In this document: positions 1 to 12,995 of the stretch, piece by piece
Position numbering within the stretch: the first letter of the stretch is position 1
Layout: every line of letters begins with the position of its first letter
Assembly (NCBI GenBank): GCA_973895155.1
Contig: OZ316896.1
Span: 1,364,001 to 1,428,000, forward strand
Source of the DNA: Marsupella aquatica
Lineage: Eukaryota; Plantae; Marchantiophyta
DNA: 64,000 nucleotides
Direction of reading: 5' to 3'
The notes under the pieces: generated by a model
The model's database searches: none
The model's input: only the letters and a program-made list of their open reading frames with translations
Told to the model about the DNA's origin: nothing
Program-made: the position numbers and the translations under genes

Positions 1-196
1 CCAGTTTTGTACAATTTTCAGCCTAATTGGCCCTTGTTGACTAACTAAAACAGTTTTGTCGAAGTAAAGGATTACCCTTGGATACTTGAGAACATCACAA
101 ATCAAATGTTGCACGAAGTCGGACTGATGTATAATGCGTGACAAGACTTACACGTTGAATACTAACTTTGAACTTTGCCATTCACAAACGCGCAAT

Positions 197-428
197 TAAA
201 ATAAATATGCGTCCAATAACGTGTGTTTACCGAGATCTCTCGGGCTGTTCCCTTCTGAGGTCTCCCATATCCAGTTCCCCAGGACGAGAACCTCAAAGTC
301 CTGCTGTTGGAGTAAAAATAAATATTCCCCCAAGAATGTGTGTTTACGGAGATCTCTTGGGCTATTCCCTTCTGAGGTCTACCATATCCAGTTCCCCAGG
401 ACGAGAACCTCGAAGTCCTGCTGTTGGA
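197..428. repeat. Direct tandem duplication, 2 x 117 bp
   Basis: CCAGTTCCCCAGGACGAGAACCTC recurs at 271 and 388; the units are near-identical and explain the repetitive ORFs 168..461 and 221..523. Confidence 0.9.
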
Positions 429-899
429 TGGTTGTTATTACTCTTTGTTGTGTCACGATGAACATCGTTTTGCCACATCAGATGTACGCGTCCTCAGTAT
501 CTCTTATTTACATTGCTAAGTGATGAAAGGAACCACCACCACGCGATCATGTGAGAATGCTTGACCGATTGATGGTTTTAACTTCAGATATGCCAGGATG
601 GTAGGGATTTGACTCGGCTGGCTCTTTTCTCCGCAACATGAACCTTCAGTCGTGATCTGCCCAGACCCCTACCAGGAAGTCTACAAAGCTCCTTAACGAT
701 CCGGGGTCATAGCCTATCATTATTAAACATCCCAATGTTTTCGGTGGCAGTTTTCCCACTGATCCTTCATGGCGCTCGGCCTGTTCTTAGCTGAAGCGCT
801 CAACCAACCGCAATTCACTGGCCTGGCATTTCACGCCAAGGAAGCAGCAGAGGCAGAGTACAATGTTGGGACAATAACGCGACTCTCTGATTGCCGGTA

Positions 900-988
900 T
901 CGCTTCGAGGCCAGAAGTCGACAATAACGCTACTGCTCTGATTGCCGGCTTCGCTTCGAGTTATTGTCGACTTCTGGCCCCGAAGCGA
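900..988 (-). other. Inverted repeat / hairpin, 29-bp stem with 31-nt loop
   Basis: 900-928 TCGCTTCGAGGCCAGAAGTCGACAATAAC is the reverse complement of 960-988 with one mismatch, which becomes a G:U pair on the - strand; it overlaps a ~50-bp direct duplication at 871-960. Confidence 0.85.
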
Positions 989-1348
989 AGTCGCTCTTGA
1001 GGCCGCCATCTACTTTGCTCACTTAACCACCTATGAAGCGAGTGGCCACCGTCGAACTCAAGCTCAAGCTTAATCAAGCTCGACTGAGAAAACAGAAGCA
1101 AGAAAAAGCATTGATGTCGAAGATTTACTTGGGCCTCCACTAAACTTCAGTTTCGACTTCTCTAACTAAGGGTCTCAATTAAACAGATATCATACATGCT
1201 TCGCTAGAATTGAAATTCTTAGATCTATGAGTCGATGTTTAACCCAAAATACCATGTCACAAAATAAAGATCTTAAGTAGTGTGTAGTACATTATTCAAA
1301 CAAAAACGGTTCAAGTCTATTTACAATCAAACAAGCAAAGTCCACTAT

Positions 1349-3359
1349 TCAAGTGGCGGTAAATTCGTGAACTTGCTGCAAGTCAGCAATGATCCCCTCT
1401 ATCGAACCTATCAACGCAGCTAGGGTAACCAAAAAAGTCACAAAACTAAGAGCTTGCAATCCTATCCACAACTTGCTATATCTCTCAACCCTATGCTGTG
1501 CGCTATACATAGCTAAAGGAAAGTACACTGTAAGAGGCCAAAAACCGAGGGCTCCAATAATTCCTACAATGTCATTGAAAAAAGGTAACACCATCGCTAT
1601 AAGTGTCGTTACAACCACATATGCTGTCCTCCATGAAACTCTGAAAACATTTAGTTCAAAACCTCCACCTCTTGGCAATTTAATTGAAACTCCCTTGTCA
1701 AGAAATTTGTTTCCACCAAACCTCTTAGTTACAATCATCTCAACAAATTGGAAAACAGGCTGCGTGTAAACCTGCATAACAAAAAACAAGTTAAAAATGA
1801 GAGTGATTGACTGAAACTTGATAATCGAATCCATATAAAGGACAACCAATAAGTTTTTTGGCAAAAGAAAAATCAATGGGAGACACGCAACAGAATGAAA
1901 AGTACCTGGTAAGCTCCCACAAGATGGAGGACAACACAAGCGTTGGCAAAATCTACCAACCAATATGGGCTCTCAAAACAAGTCAAGATATTGCCGCATA
2001 TATCGTTTCCAAATGCCAAGTAACCAGAAACTCCAATTGTCAAGTAAAAAAACGTGGTTACTGAAATACCACATACGGTGGCTCGCTTCATCTGCCTACT
2101 TTCAGAAGGGGGATTCCTCAAAGTGTCCTACACATTTCAAATCAACACCAAGATGTTATTATTTTCAAAAGTTGAAGTTTATCAAAATTGGCTATTGAGA
2201 AATTAATCACAAATAGTTAAGTAAATTACCTGAATTTCAATGAGAACCATAGAATAACCATAGGCAAAGGCTATATTTCCTAAGGCGATAAAAATGTTCC
2301 AAACTTTCTGCGCTTCAGTCTGAGAGGTTGGGCCAATCCCTACTCCCCATATACTTCCATAGTCTGAGGATTGCTTTGCTGTAATCCACAGAATTCAACA
2401 AAATTAAGTTAGATTTGATAAAATTCTCTAATCAATTGTACAAGAAAAATTCAACAAAATCTTATTTTACATTGCTAGCATGTAAAATGAAATATTGTGC
2501 TTTACTTACTGACAGACTTGCTGATACCCAAGCCAAGGGCAATGAAAGAATAAGTGAAGGACATGATAGCCGCAACATATGACAACCACCAAATTTTATG
2601 AAAATTGGGAATTAATGACAGAAAAATCTGTATCACGCCATAAACTGCAATGTATGGCGTTGTGGAAGCCAAACAATCTCCTTGGCTGCCAGTTCGGTAA
2701 TAACAATTTGCCTTTTGGATTGCCCTGACATTATGCACATACACAATGACAAAATTTAATATCGGGCCAAACCTCAAATTTTGATTGAATAAAAAAATTG
2801 AATTGTGAATCATCTTACCTGGCAGCGGTGGCGGTGGTGATGGTATATCCGATAGATGTCCCAACTAAATTACTATACTGCACTATTCCACAAATAACAT
2901 AAGCATTTTGTGACAAGTTAGCTTTGACAGCATCCATGTAAATATAATTACGTTTCCCCTTCACAGGATCAGGATGACGATAACAATCTGCAAGCCGCCT
3001 CGAGGTGTAAAGCGTACACAAAGAAAAGAGTATAAGAACAATTGGTCCCGCAATCCAACCAAGCTGTCCAATACTCCACGGGACTGACAAGACACCAGAT
3101 CCTATCACAGCTGTTATGATGTGCGCAGCCGAAGTCCATACGGTTCCTGCAATTGATGACAAGTTTTTTTGTTAGTAATTTACAAACATATTTATATTCA
3201 ATTCACCGATAAATTCTAAATGTTCTCGAAGACAAAACGACTCAAACCTGTTCTTCTTGGTTTCCCATCATCGTCCAAATGCGATTCATATCCTTCGACG
3301 TCTAATGGAGTGGGTTTGTCCATTGTTTTGTTTGCACCAAAATTATTCTCCTCGCCCAT
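1349..3359 (-). CDS. AAP: Amino acid permease (AAP family, Aa_trans), copy 1; 6 exons, 482 aa
   Basis: Exons 3359-3248, 3146-2819, 2724-2510, 2378-2230, 2127-1906 and 1771-1349 all have GT-AG borders and sum to 1449 nt in frame. AAP motifs: DDDGKPRRTG, AHIITAVIGSGVL, LIEIQDTL, YQVYTQP, GALGFWPLTVYFP. Confidence 0.95.
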
Positions 3360-3461
3360 GTAGTCTTTATGAACTAGGGGATGTAAAGACCTCCTTCACA
3401 ACAGAGAGATTATTAGCAAACCAAAAAATTATCAAAAAAATTATCTAAAATGTGAGTTCAT

Positions 3462-5420
3462 ACTCTGTACAATAAAAGGGGATTATTTTGTTTTCACTCG
3501 TAGGTGTAAGGCACGTTTTTTGAATCCGAGTTCACTTTAAACGACAGTGGAAAAGCACGTAAGTAAAAAAGGACTCATAATAACAACCCAATAATGCAAA
3601 GTCCCAAAGAGCTTCAAATACCTCCCCTCGGGAACTATTTCCGTGAGACTCCTTTCGGCAGCGCTCAAACTGATGTCTTCACCAGTGTCGATGACGCGAG
3701 CGAGCGAAGACTGTCAGATACACTGTTACTGACTCTCGTGAGCTCCTTCTGCGGTCTTGAACCTCCTCCTTCCGGGACACTTCTCTCCCTCGGCCAGCGC
3801 TCTCACTCTGGACAGTAAATGGGGATTAGTTTGTTTTCTTTGTCGACTTGAATCACTGTTCTCTCGTAGGTGTAAGGCACGTTTTCTAAAATGCGACTTC
3901 ACTTTACGCGACAATGGAAAAGCACGTAAGGTAAAATGGACTCATAATAACAACCCAATAATGCATAGTCCCAAAGAGCTTCAAATACCTCCCCTCGGGA
4001 ACTCTTTCCGGGATACTCCTCTCGGCCAGCGCTCAAACTGATGTGTTCACCAGTGTCGATGACGCGATACACGCGAGCGAGCGAAGACTGTCAGATACAC
4101 TGTTACTGACTCTCGTGAGCTCCTTTTGCGGCGTGAACCTCCTTCCGGGACACTCTTCTCGGCCAGCGCTCACACTCTGGACAGTAAAAGGAGATTATTT
4201 TGTTTTCATTCGTAGGTGTAACGTTTTCTAAAATGCGACTTCACTTTACACCACAATAGAAAAGCACGTAAGTCAGAAAGGACTCATAATAACAAGCCAA
4301 TAATGCAAAGTCCCAAAGAGTGAAAGAGCTTCAAATACCTCCCCTCGGGAACGCTTTCCGGGAGACTCCTCTCGGCAGCGCTCAAACTGATGTGTTCTTG
4401 TCGCCGACGCGATACACGCGAGCGAGCGAAGAATGTCAGATACACTGTCACTGACTCTCGTGAGCTCCTTCTGCGGTCTTGAACCTCCTTCCGGGACACT
4501 TCTCTCGGCCAGCGCTCTCACTCTGGACAGTAAAGGAGGATTATTACACTCAGTAAAGGGAGATTTTGTTTTTCTGGTCTCGTAGGTGTAAGGTACGTTT
4601 TCTAAACTGCAACTTCACTTTACACGACAATGCAAAAGCACGTAAGTCAAAAAGGACTCATAATAACAAGCCAATACTGCAAAGTCCCAAAGAGTGAAAG
4701 CGTTTCAAATACCTCCCCTCGGGAACGCTTTCCGGGAGGCTCCTCTCGGCAGCGCTCAAACTGATGTGTTCTTGTCGATGACGCGATACACGCGAGCGAG
4801 CGAAGAATGTCAGATACACTGTCACTGACTCTCGTGAGCTCTTTCTGCGGTCGTGAACCTCCTTCCAGGACACTCCTCTCGGCCAGCGCTCACACTCTGG
4901 ACAGTAAAGGGAGATTATTTTGTTTTCACTCGTAGGTGTAACGTTTTCTAAAATGCAACTTCACTTTACACGACAACGCAAAAGCGCGTAAGTCAAAAGG
5001 ACTCATAATAATAAGCCAATACTGCAAAGTCCCAAAGAGTGAAAGAGTTTCAAATACCTCCCCTCGGGAACGCTTTCCGGGAGACTCCTCTCGGCAGCGC
5101 TCAAACTTATGTGTTCTTTTCGATGACGCGATACACGCGAGCGAGCGAAGAATGTCAGATACACTGTCACTGACTCTCGTGAGCTCCTTCTGCAGTTCTG
5201 CGGTCTTGAACCTCCTTCCGGGACACTCCTCTCGGCCAGCGCACACACTTTGGACAGTAAAGCGAGTCCTGCGACCTGAGCAGAATGATGTGTTCAGACT
5301 GTGCACAGTAAAGGGACACCTTAGCAAATCGCAATTCGCAAATGTGTTCACGAGTATCGAGGACGCCAAACACACGAGCGAACGAAGACTGTCAGGTACA
5401 CTGTCACTGACTCTCGTGAG
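3462..5420. repeat. Tandem array of ~345-375-bp units (5 full copies plus a degenerate tail)
   Basis: Unit landmarks GACAGTAAA..GATT, CTCGTAGGTGTAA, CAAATACCTCCCCTCGGGAAC and GCGAGCGAGCGAAG recur from ~3467, 3811, 4180, 4526 and 4900, with a partial copy at 5253. The array begins ~100 bp upstream of the AAP1 ATG. Confidence 0.95.
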
Positions 5421-6019
5421 GCGCGAGCTCCTTCTCTGGTCGCTCACCCTCTTATACAAAAGACGGAGGCGATCAGGCGATGCGTTCACCAGTGTCGGAG
5501 GATGCGACACACGTTGGTATGTCACAGTGTCGGGGATGCGACACGAGTCAGTATGTCACCGGTGTCGGGGATGCTATACAGGACGGATGTAGTTATGGCG
5601 CAACCTGGTTAGAGCCCAGAATGTAATATATTATCCTGCGCACTATTTCCGCGATTTATCCCGGATTCACCAGCCAAATTAAAATTTAGTCGTACTTTTG
5701 GTCAGTTTCCGAGATTTCATCCCCAGTATTTGGGTGCTTTTCAAAGAACCTGGATTTCACCTGGATCTCACCAGCCAAAGTAAATGTGTTCCTTACTTTT
5801 TTAATTTTTTTCTAATGTCTACTTTGATATAGCATGTTCATTTTCAAACATGCTTCATTTTTTGTTTTTTAGTGATACGTAAATGTTTTAATTAAAATAT
5901 AAACAAGACATTGACTAGGAAACCCTACAGTCTATGATATTGAAACTTGTGCACATAAGGTACAAGAGTAAAAGTACACTTGTAAAGAAACGTAATAACG
6001 AACAGGAAAAAAGTGTTGG

Positions 6020-7200
6020 GAGAGATATGTTTGATGGGTCTCCTGGTGAAACTTGTTTACCTAATGGCCCCATGAAATAATTTTTACCAAATGGGACCCC
6101 TCTTAATGACCTGTACACATGTTCTTGTGTGGTGCCTACTATGTATAGTTAACCACACCCATTGCCTCATTGTTCCCAGTGCTCCCAAGCCCAGTCCACC
6201 ACGCTTGTCATCCCAGTCTACAACGCCTAATCCACCACGCGGGTCACCATAGTCTACCACGGTTCATCGAAACGGGCAACAATGCCATTAGCACAGGATT
6301 CGACGGGTTAATGCCTGAAGACACAATGAATTAGTCTTCCCGTGTTTCAAGGTTTAGGGTTTGAAGTGTACCCCGACACCTTCGGGTCCGTCTTCTTTTG
6401 GAATTGTTTGTATGCATTGCACAAGGGATATCGTCAGTTTTCGAGTGCATTAATTTGTCAATTTTTGTTGTGGTGGCAGTGGGGGAATTCCGAACATTGA
6501 ACTTGAATTTCACTGTGGACATTTGGAGGTACTCTACACTGATGCTGACAGTCGCGCATGAAAACATCGTGAAAATCTTGTGTGCACCACGTGAAAAGCA
6601 TCCCTATCGACTACCCCGCAATACGGTCAAAATTTGAACCCAAAGACATAATCTATATTGTATTCAAGTTGCGGTTTGGGCAGCGGCAGCCGCTTTTTGC
6701 AGTTCTCCCACATCATCTCCGCGGTTTCACCTACTTCTCCCACATGTTTCTTTGACCATGCAGGGGTGGCCCCCCGCACGGCCCAAGTCACAAAAATCCC
6801 GTACAAGCAAACCTAATGACTACCCGGCGATAGGTCAAATTTTGAATCTGAAGACATAATGTATATTGTCTTCAAATCACAGTTTCGGTAGCGGCAGCCG
6901 TTTTTTGCGGTTTCTCCCGAATAATCTTTGTGGTTTCTCAGTGGACCATGCCGCACTGTCCAACGGTGCAGTTTGCCTGGGGTGACGGTTGACCATAGTC
7001 TTTTCTGGAAAATGTGGTTGGTCACTCATGAAGGGAAAACTCGTTACAGTGCCTGTGATAGGAACATTTGACAGAAAATACTGACAAGGGGCCTATTAGG
7101 TAAGCAAAGTTACCTAAGGGGGCATATTAGGTAAGAAAAGTTATCTAGGGGCCTATCAGGTACGAAAGGTTCACCAGGGAGCCCATCAAGCATATATCTC
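6020..7200. mobile_element. Non-autonomous TIR element (Mutator-like MITE), ~1.18 kb
   Basis: Left end GAGAGATATGTTTGATGGGTCTCCTGGTGAAAC matches the reverse complement of the right end (GAGATATATGCTTGATGGGCTCCCTGGTGAACC). Internal sequence is shared with the element at 10841. No clear TSD. Confidence 0.7.
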
Positions 7201-8981
7201 CATATTGGGATTGGGATGTGCACATAATGTACATGAGTAGAGATAATTATGTTGTTACTTTTGGTAATGACACTCAAAATAATGAAAACCATAAATTTAT
7301 GACACAAAACCATGAGTAGTACTTAAGGACACACATGTGCACTTTATTTAGATCATTTCTTCTGTACTCATGAGAATAAGGGCTATAAATTCCACAAGCT
7401 TTGTTAAATGGTGGATGATCTTAAATATAGCAAAGATTTAAAAAACTTTAGAGGGGTGCCAGAATTAGAAATCTAAACTATACAACACCTTGCTATGACA
7501 CATTGAAATAAAAATGCATAACAAAAGAAGTTTGAATAAGATAAAATACTGAAAGTTGCATTCACCATATAGCAACATCAATTTAATTTTTTCTAATGCC
7601 TACTTTGATTACTTGTTACAAATTGAGGTAAGGGGAAGATTTGAAAAAAAAATTCTTTATTTTTTATCCAACGTACCCAGTGATTAGTACAAAGTTTGCC
7701 ATTATGAAGGTCAAGTATTTCATACCCGCCGCCAAGAGGATATATTTTTGACCTGGCACAGGACCTCATATAGAGGGTGCCATGTATCTGGGGGTGTGGC
7801 CGAGGAAGGCTGTGCCTGCCTAGAAAATGGAGAACGGAACAGAGAAGGGGATTCATTGATTGGGCTCACCCATGCATAAGGGGTCTCTGTGGGCACTGCC
7901 AACAGGTTGTGCTCTGACCTTGGACTGAGGGGCACCACACGGGGGTGGCCAGGTGGCTGTGTGAGGGATGAGGATGGGACCCAAGCAAGGGGATGGGCCA
8001 CTTGTGGGGCCTTGGGTGGTGGCCACAAAGAGGTTGCATTGGGCCTGCACTTGATGCAGGGCCTTCATATACTGTATGCGGGAAGAGGTGGCAAGGCTGC
8101 AGATGAGGGTAGAACCCACTGACTACAAAAACAGTGGAGAGTTTTAGGAATGACCGTGGAGGGGGAGAGAGGGATGGTCTGGAGTTGGAGTGTGATGGCC
8201 AGAAGGCAATGACCTAGGCCAGGCAGTGAGTGAAGTCATTCAGATCACTGGTTTACGTAAATATGAGAAATCCATGAGCATAACTAAGTATATTCTCATA
8301 GCCTTATTTAAAGTACTTTGATCCTATTTTGTTTGGTTTTAGTGTGTTTATCCAGGTCTCTATACAAGGTGTTTTCACAATGCAACATGGAACAAAGGAT
8401 TAAATGTGAGCCATAGCATTAATGGAATCTCCATCCAAACCTCTGAACTTGGATCTTTTTCTAAATCCACCCCGTGATTTACTAAAGCAACACCGCATTA
8501 CTAAAATCGCCCCATCTTGCTGATGTATCAAAATCTAAAGGTGAATACAAATGTGCCAGTGTAGATCCATCTACAATTTAGCAATGAATGTAGTAATTAC
8601 TTGTTTGGGGTTTATTTCATATTTCTGTTAATTAGTCTATGCCACACTAAATCTAAATTTGTGTGCACCAAGAAACTGGTCTTAAAATTCATGACCACTG
8701 ATGTGCAAAATAATGGGTCTAAAATTGATGAACACTTTAATGTTAGATATATATAACACTGCCAAGAAGAAAGGAACACCAAACTGGTAGACAAGATCCC
8801 AAAGGCTAAAGGACCCAATAAAGGGAGGGGAAAAGGGGAATGTTAGAAGAATGATCTCAAAAGTGGTCTTGACACATGTTTTGATTCTTTTGTCCTAATA
8901 TATCAATGGCGACACTCTCATGAAGGAAGATCTTGAAGAGAGGATACTTAGGCTTTAGAGCAAAAAATCTGGAAAGGACTT

Positions 8982-9714
8982 CACCGGCCCCCGGTTTGGA
9001 CTTGCCCGACAAATAGAGCCTTTTGAGGCCGTCAACCGGCAAGTCGGCACCCGGACCGTCCCGGTCTCCATATCCTGGCCCGGCCCGACCATGACCTCCC
9101 GGCCCGAACCGGCATGGCCCTGAAAGACCCAAACCTCTCCCGGCCCGAGCATCCTGGCCTAAATTGCCCAGCAAATCCCCTGGCCCGAGCATCCTGGCCC
9201 CAGCCCAAGTTCCCCCTCCCCCTGGCCAGTCCCCCCGGTCCCGGCTCCGGCCCCATCCCCCGGTCCTGGCCCGAGTTCTCCCATCCCCCCCTCAGCCCGG
9301 CCTGCCCCCCCGGTCTCCCCCGTCTTTCACTCCCCCGGTCCCGGCCCGGCCCCCGTACTCCCCTATTAATAGGCCTGGGCCCGGCAGGGAGGAGGGGGAG
9401 CCCGGGAGGGGAAGGAGGGAGGAGGGGAGCAGAAGGAGGGACCTGAAGGAGGGGAGGGGAGGGGAGGGGAGGGGAGGGGAGGGGAGGGGGGAGCTCGGGA
9501 GGGGAGGAGGTCAAGCCAGCTGGGAGGAGGGCCGGGCTGGCAGTGAGGAAGGGGAGGAGGCCGGGAGGGGAAGGGCGGCATGGTCCGGGAGGAGGCCGGG
9601 GAATAAGTGCAAATATGCGTCAAATAGAGGCTTTTTAGTCCGGAAAATGCCGAGTTTACATGCTGGGCAACTCGGCAAGTTGCCCATCAGTTCAAACCGG
9701 GCACCGGCCCCCTG
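8982..9714. mobile_element. GC-rich foldback-like / hAT-MITE-like remnant with a C-rich arm and a G-rich arm
   Basis: Right end reads CAGGGGGCCGGTGCCCGGTTTGAACT on the - strand and partly matches CCGGCCCCCGGTTTGGACT at the left. Central palindrome CCTATTAATAGG (9362-9373); (GGGGA)n tract at ~9450-9490. Confidence 0.45.
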
Positions 9715-10840
9715 TAGCATCTTGTGTACTTGATTAGGCCCCTAGGCCGTCCACAATCCAAGAAATCCTGTAATTCAGTAGTAGTCCAAAATATATAATA
9801 ATTTGCATTAGTTGCTGTCAGTGGGGTACCCCTGCTACACAGGAAGCCACTACATACTTGGGGCGCCAAACTCTACAAAATGTCAAAATTTGATAAATCC
9901 CAACATTTAATTGGATGACATATTTTTTGAACTGAAAATTGTTTGTTGTGATTACTAAAGTTCAACCTACTCACTGAAAAGACTTGGGACTTTTTGGACA
10001 TGAACTTTTGGACATAAAACTTTATCTTATGTCCTAAAAAATCTGAGCTTGTGAACTTTCCTTAAGTCATTTTCCTTGCAGAAGCATAATACTTTTACAC
10101 TTCCATTAGAATAGGTTAATGAAGAGGTACCCACACTATTCACAATAACTAGTGTTACACTAATTTGAGAGTGCCAATTTTCAAGGTCCACTCGAATTAG
10201 TGTTAGTCACACTAGTTTTATCACTGAGAACACAAAGGCTATTGTCACTTAACAGAACATAGTAGCAAAGGAGTGCCTCTCCCAAGGATACAAAAATTCA
10301 ACTCCAGAGTCCAGAGCATCAAATCTCCCCAAAAAGAATTCTAAGAAAGCACAAATTCACTGGGAATCTTCAAAAAAATGATCAACAAAAGGATAAATGA
10401 TGAGTAGATACCCAGAAAGAAATGGGGAAGTTGGGAGTGACTTCCGTTACCAGCAGATTCATTCAGATCACTCAACTTGGACTATTCCTCAACCTTTTCA
10501 GCCGTGGATGATCAAACTTGACAAACAGATGTTGCGCATAAGAAATGGATGAATTCAAAGTCTCACCAATTTGCTCTACAATGGACCTTCTCCCATCCAA
10601 AGTGATAAACCACAGAGCCAACTAATTGCCAGGGCCAGGGCCAGGGCTAATTGTGGGCAGTTACATAACTATGGTTTCATGGTTAAACACTCTTTTATGT
10701 TAAAAGCTGAATTATTGTCCTTTTTTTGAAAATGACAAAAGTACCTAAAGCAGCTACGGCTTGAAGAAAATTCATCTTGCCTTGTTTTTATCATGTGTGA
10801 CAACCAAGAATTTTGGTGTGCTTTATCTACATGATTTTCA

Positions 10841-11435
10841 GGAGGTATATGGTTGATGGGACCCCAGCCAAAAGAATTAAGGTGATAGGCCCCCGGGATA
10901 GGCCCTTATGAAATTTGTGTCAGATGTTCTTTTTAGAGTTAGTAGTTATAAGGAGATTTTATTATCACCAATAAGGGCTACTGTAAAGTTTAGAGTCAAA
11001 CCATGCTGAATCACAAACTAACAGTTGGGGGAACTGTGGAATAACAACGGCTATCACACAAACCGCAAGTTCGTCAGTGAAGACAATATGGTTCATGTCT
11101 TTGGTTTTGAATTTGTACCATATCATTTGTCTTTAGATTGCTTCATGGAACTTATGCATAAGGTTTGCATGATGTTTTAACGTTTCCTTTTGTTCTTTTG
11201 TCTAAGTATGGAATGAATCCTCTACTTTTGGCCATTGGTCCATTCGTCTAGACAATCGTGGACCATGCAATTAGGCATCACATAAGAACCACGGGTACCA
11301 AACATATGTAGAGGGCCTAGTTAATTTGTAATAACATTTTTGTGAGGGGACCTAGTTTGTAACAAAAATTTAACTGTATTAGGGTACTCTCACTTAAAAT
11401 TTGTTTTGGCAAGAGTCCCATCAAGCATATACTTC
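10841..11435. mobile_element. Mutator-type MITE, 595 bp, with 9-bp TSD
   Basis: TIRs GAGGTATATGGTTGATGGGAC and (reverse complement) GAAGTATATGCTTGATGGGAC; flanked by identical TGATTTTCA at 10832-10840 and 11436-11444. An extra partial TIR copy follows at ~11450-11495. Confidence 0.85.
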
Positions 11436-12664
11436 TGATTTTCACAAAAAGTAGGGGCCTCTCAATTAAATTTGTTTTGGCAATAGTCCCATCAAGATTT
11501 TAAGTGAAAGTAGGGGTCTCTCACCTTTTTTTTAGTGGCAAAAATTTGCCAAATTCCTCCTCCCCAAAAAGCTTTTGCCATTTTTGTCAAAAATTTGCTA
11601 GTATATATTTTTTCTACTTAGCCAGTGTTCCACCTAATCACAGGTCCCATTAGCCAAAATCTAAAGATATGACTGCAAGAAAGATTTGACTGAAAGAATA
11701 TTTTCTCCTTTACGCTTGACAATCGCCACTCTGGCTAAAAACTAAAAACCTTAAGAAAGCATTTACCTTTTCAGTAAAAAGGTGGCAATCTAATCTTAAC
11801 CGCCCCAAAGGAGATCGGTACTATTTGGAGCCGATCCTTGCTGTTGACCATCAATGTCGCCCTAGAAAAGTGGATGTCGCTTAGCATGGGGGCCCATCAA
11901 GCTCCTTTGGAATACAAAAATCAAGTACACTTTTGGTATATAAACGACAAGTCAAGTACACCTTTTGGTATATGAAAGACGTTGGGTTGAAAGATGAGCA
12001 TCGAATCTCCTCATTTGTGATGGATGAGATCGGGTCTCTTCAATTGTCAAACTCATGCAAGATTCGACGTCATTATTCTCAATCCCCCGCACGACATTGA
12101 AACCTTTTTCATAGCTGCATGGTGCTCGTGCCCGCCGCCTTCGTTCATGCGCAAAGCCTTGCAACACTGCAGAGACTGGAGGTGGAACTCAACTCCTCAT
12201 TTTTGGTTCCCACGTTTCCGAGTCCTCGCAGTACTGACTGCAACCCTGTTTGGCCTCTTGCTGCGGTCAAAGGTCCACCCGCCAAAACGAGTCCTCACTT
12301 TTTTCGTTTCAACTCATTGAGATTCGAACCGCAACTGCCTGGTGGTACCTACTAAGAGCCAAAAAAAGTTGTCACTGGTTGGAGAGGGAGGGAGATGCAC
12401 GAGATTCGGGCCCACGGTTAATCTTCGAAGGTCTATGGCAAGTTGTTGCAGCTCACGTATTCACAGCCAGAGTTCGTCGTGCCTTGAAACTGCGCTCATC
12501 ACTGACTCGATGATGACGGGCGGAGATGACGGTGGGTGCCCAGGGCCGACTATTGACGATCCCAACCAGAGCTGCTAGCCGAACTCTGCTGCGATCCAAA
12601 TCTTCCAGGCACCTCTCAACACTCATCAACTCCAGCATTGACAACTAGACTAGGAAGGACCCCA

Positions 12665-12995
12665 CGTTCATCAAGACGAGCAATCAGAGCGAGACCATCA
12701 TTCAAGCCTTGGAGGGATTTCAATGCTCATCAATACAAGCAATAAGACTGGATTCCTAGTGATAGTATTGTTCTCATTGCTTCCGAGTTATGGTCTTGTT
12801 TTGGACTCTCCAAACTCATCAATAACAGCAATGAGCGCGAGCTCATAACTCAGAAACGATTCACATCCTGTAGCGACGCTCCAGGCTCATCAATACAGGC
12901 AATAAGAGCGAGAGCCATAACTCGGAAGGAATTCCAATCCTTAAAAGGGACTCGCCACTCACCAATACAAGCAATCAGTGCAGACCATTCACCCA
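12665..12995. repeat. Degenerate tandem repeat of ~60-90-bp units (about 5 copies)
   Basis: TCATCAATACAAGCAATAAGAGCG-like motif at ~12668, 12727, 12816, 12887 and 12959. Confidence 0.6.

Noticed and set aside
3462-5420. Many 60-200-aa ORFs and a possible CRISPR-like array
   Set aside because: Units repeat in full with no unique spacers; the ORFs are by-products of the repeat, with indels that break frame between units.
9032-9733. Pro-rich and Gly/Arg-rich ORFs (extensin- or collagen-like)
   Set aside because: They arise in several frames from low-complexity C/G runs; no splice structure or family motif.
11950-12650. Coding-like GC-balanced segment with several short ORFs
   Set aside because: Stops in all frames read and no recognisable domain.
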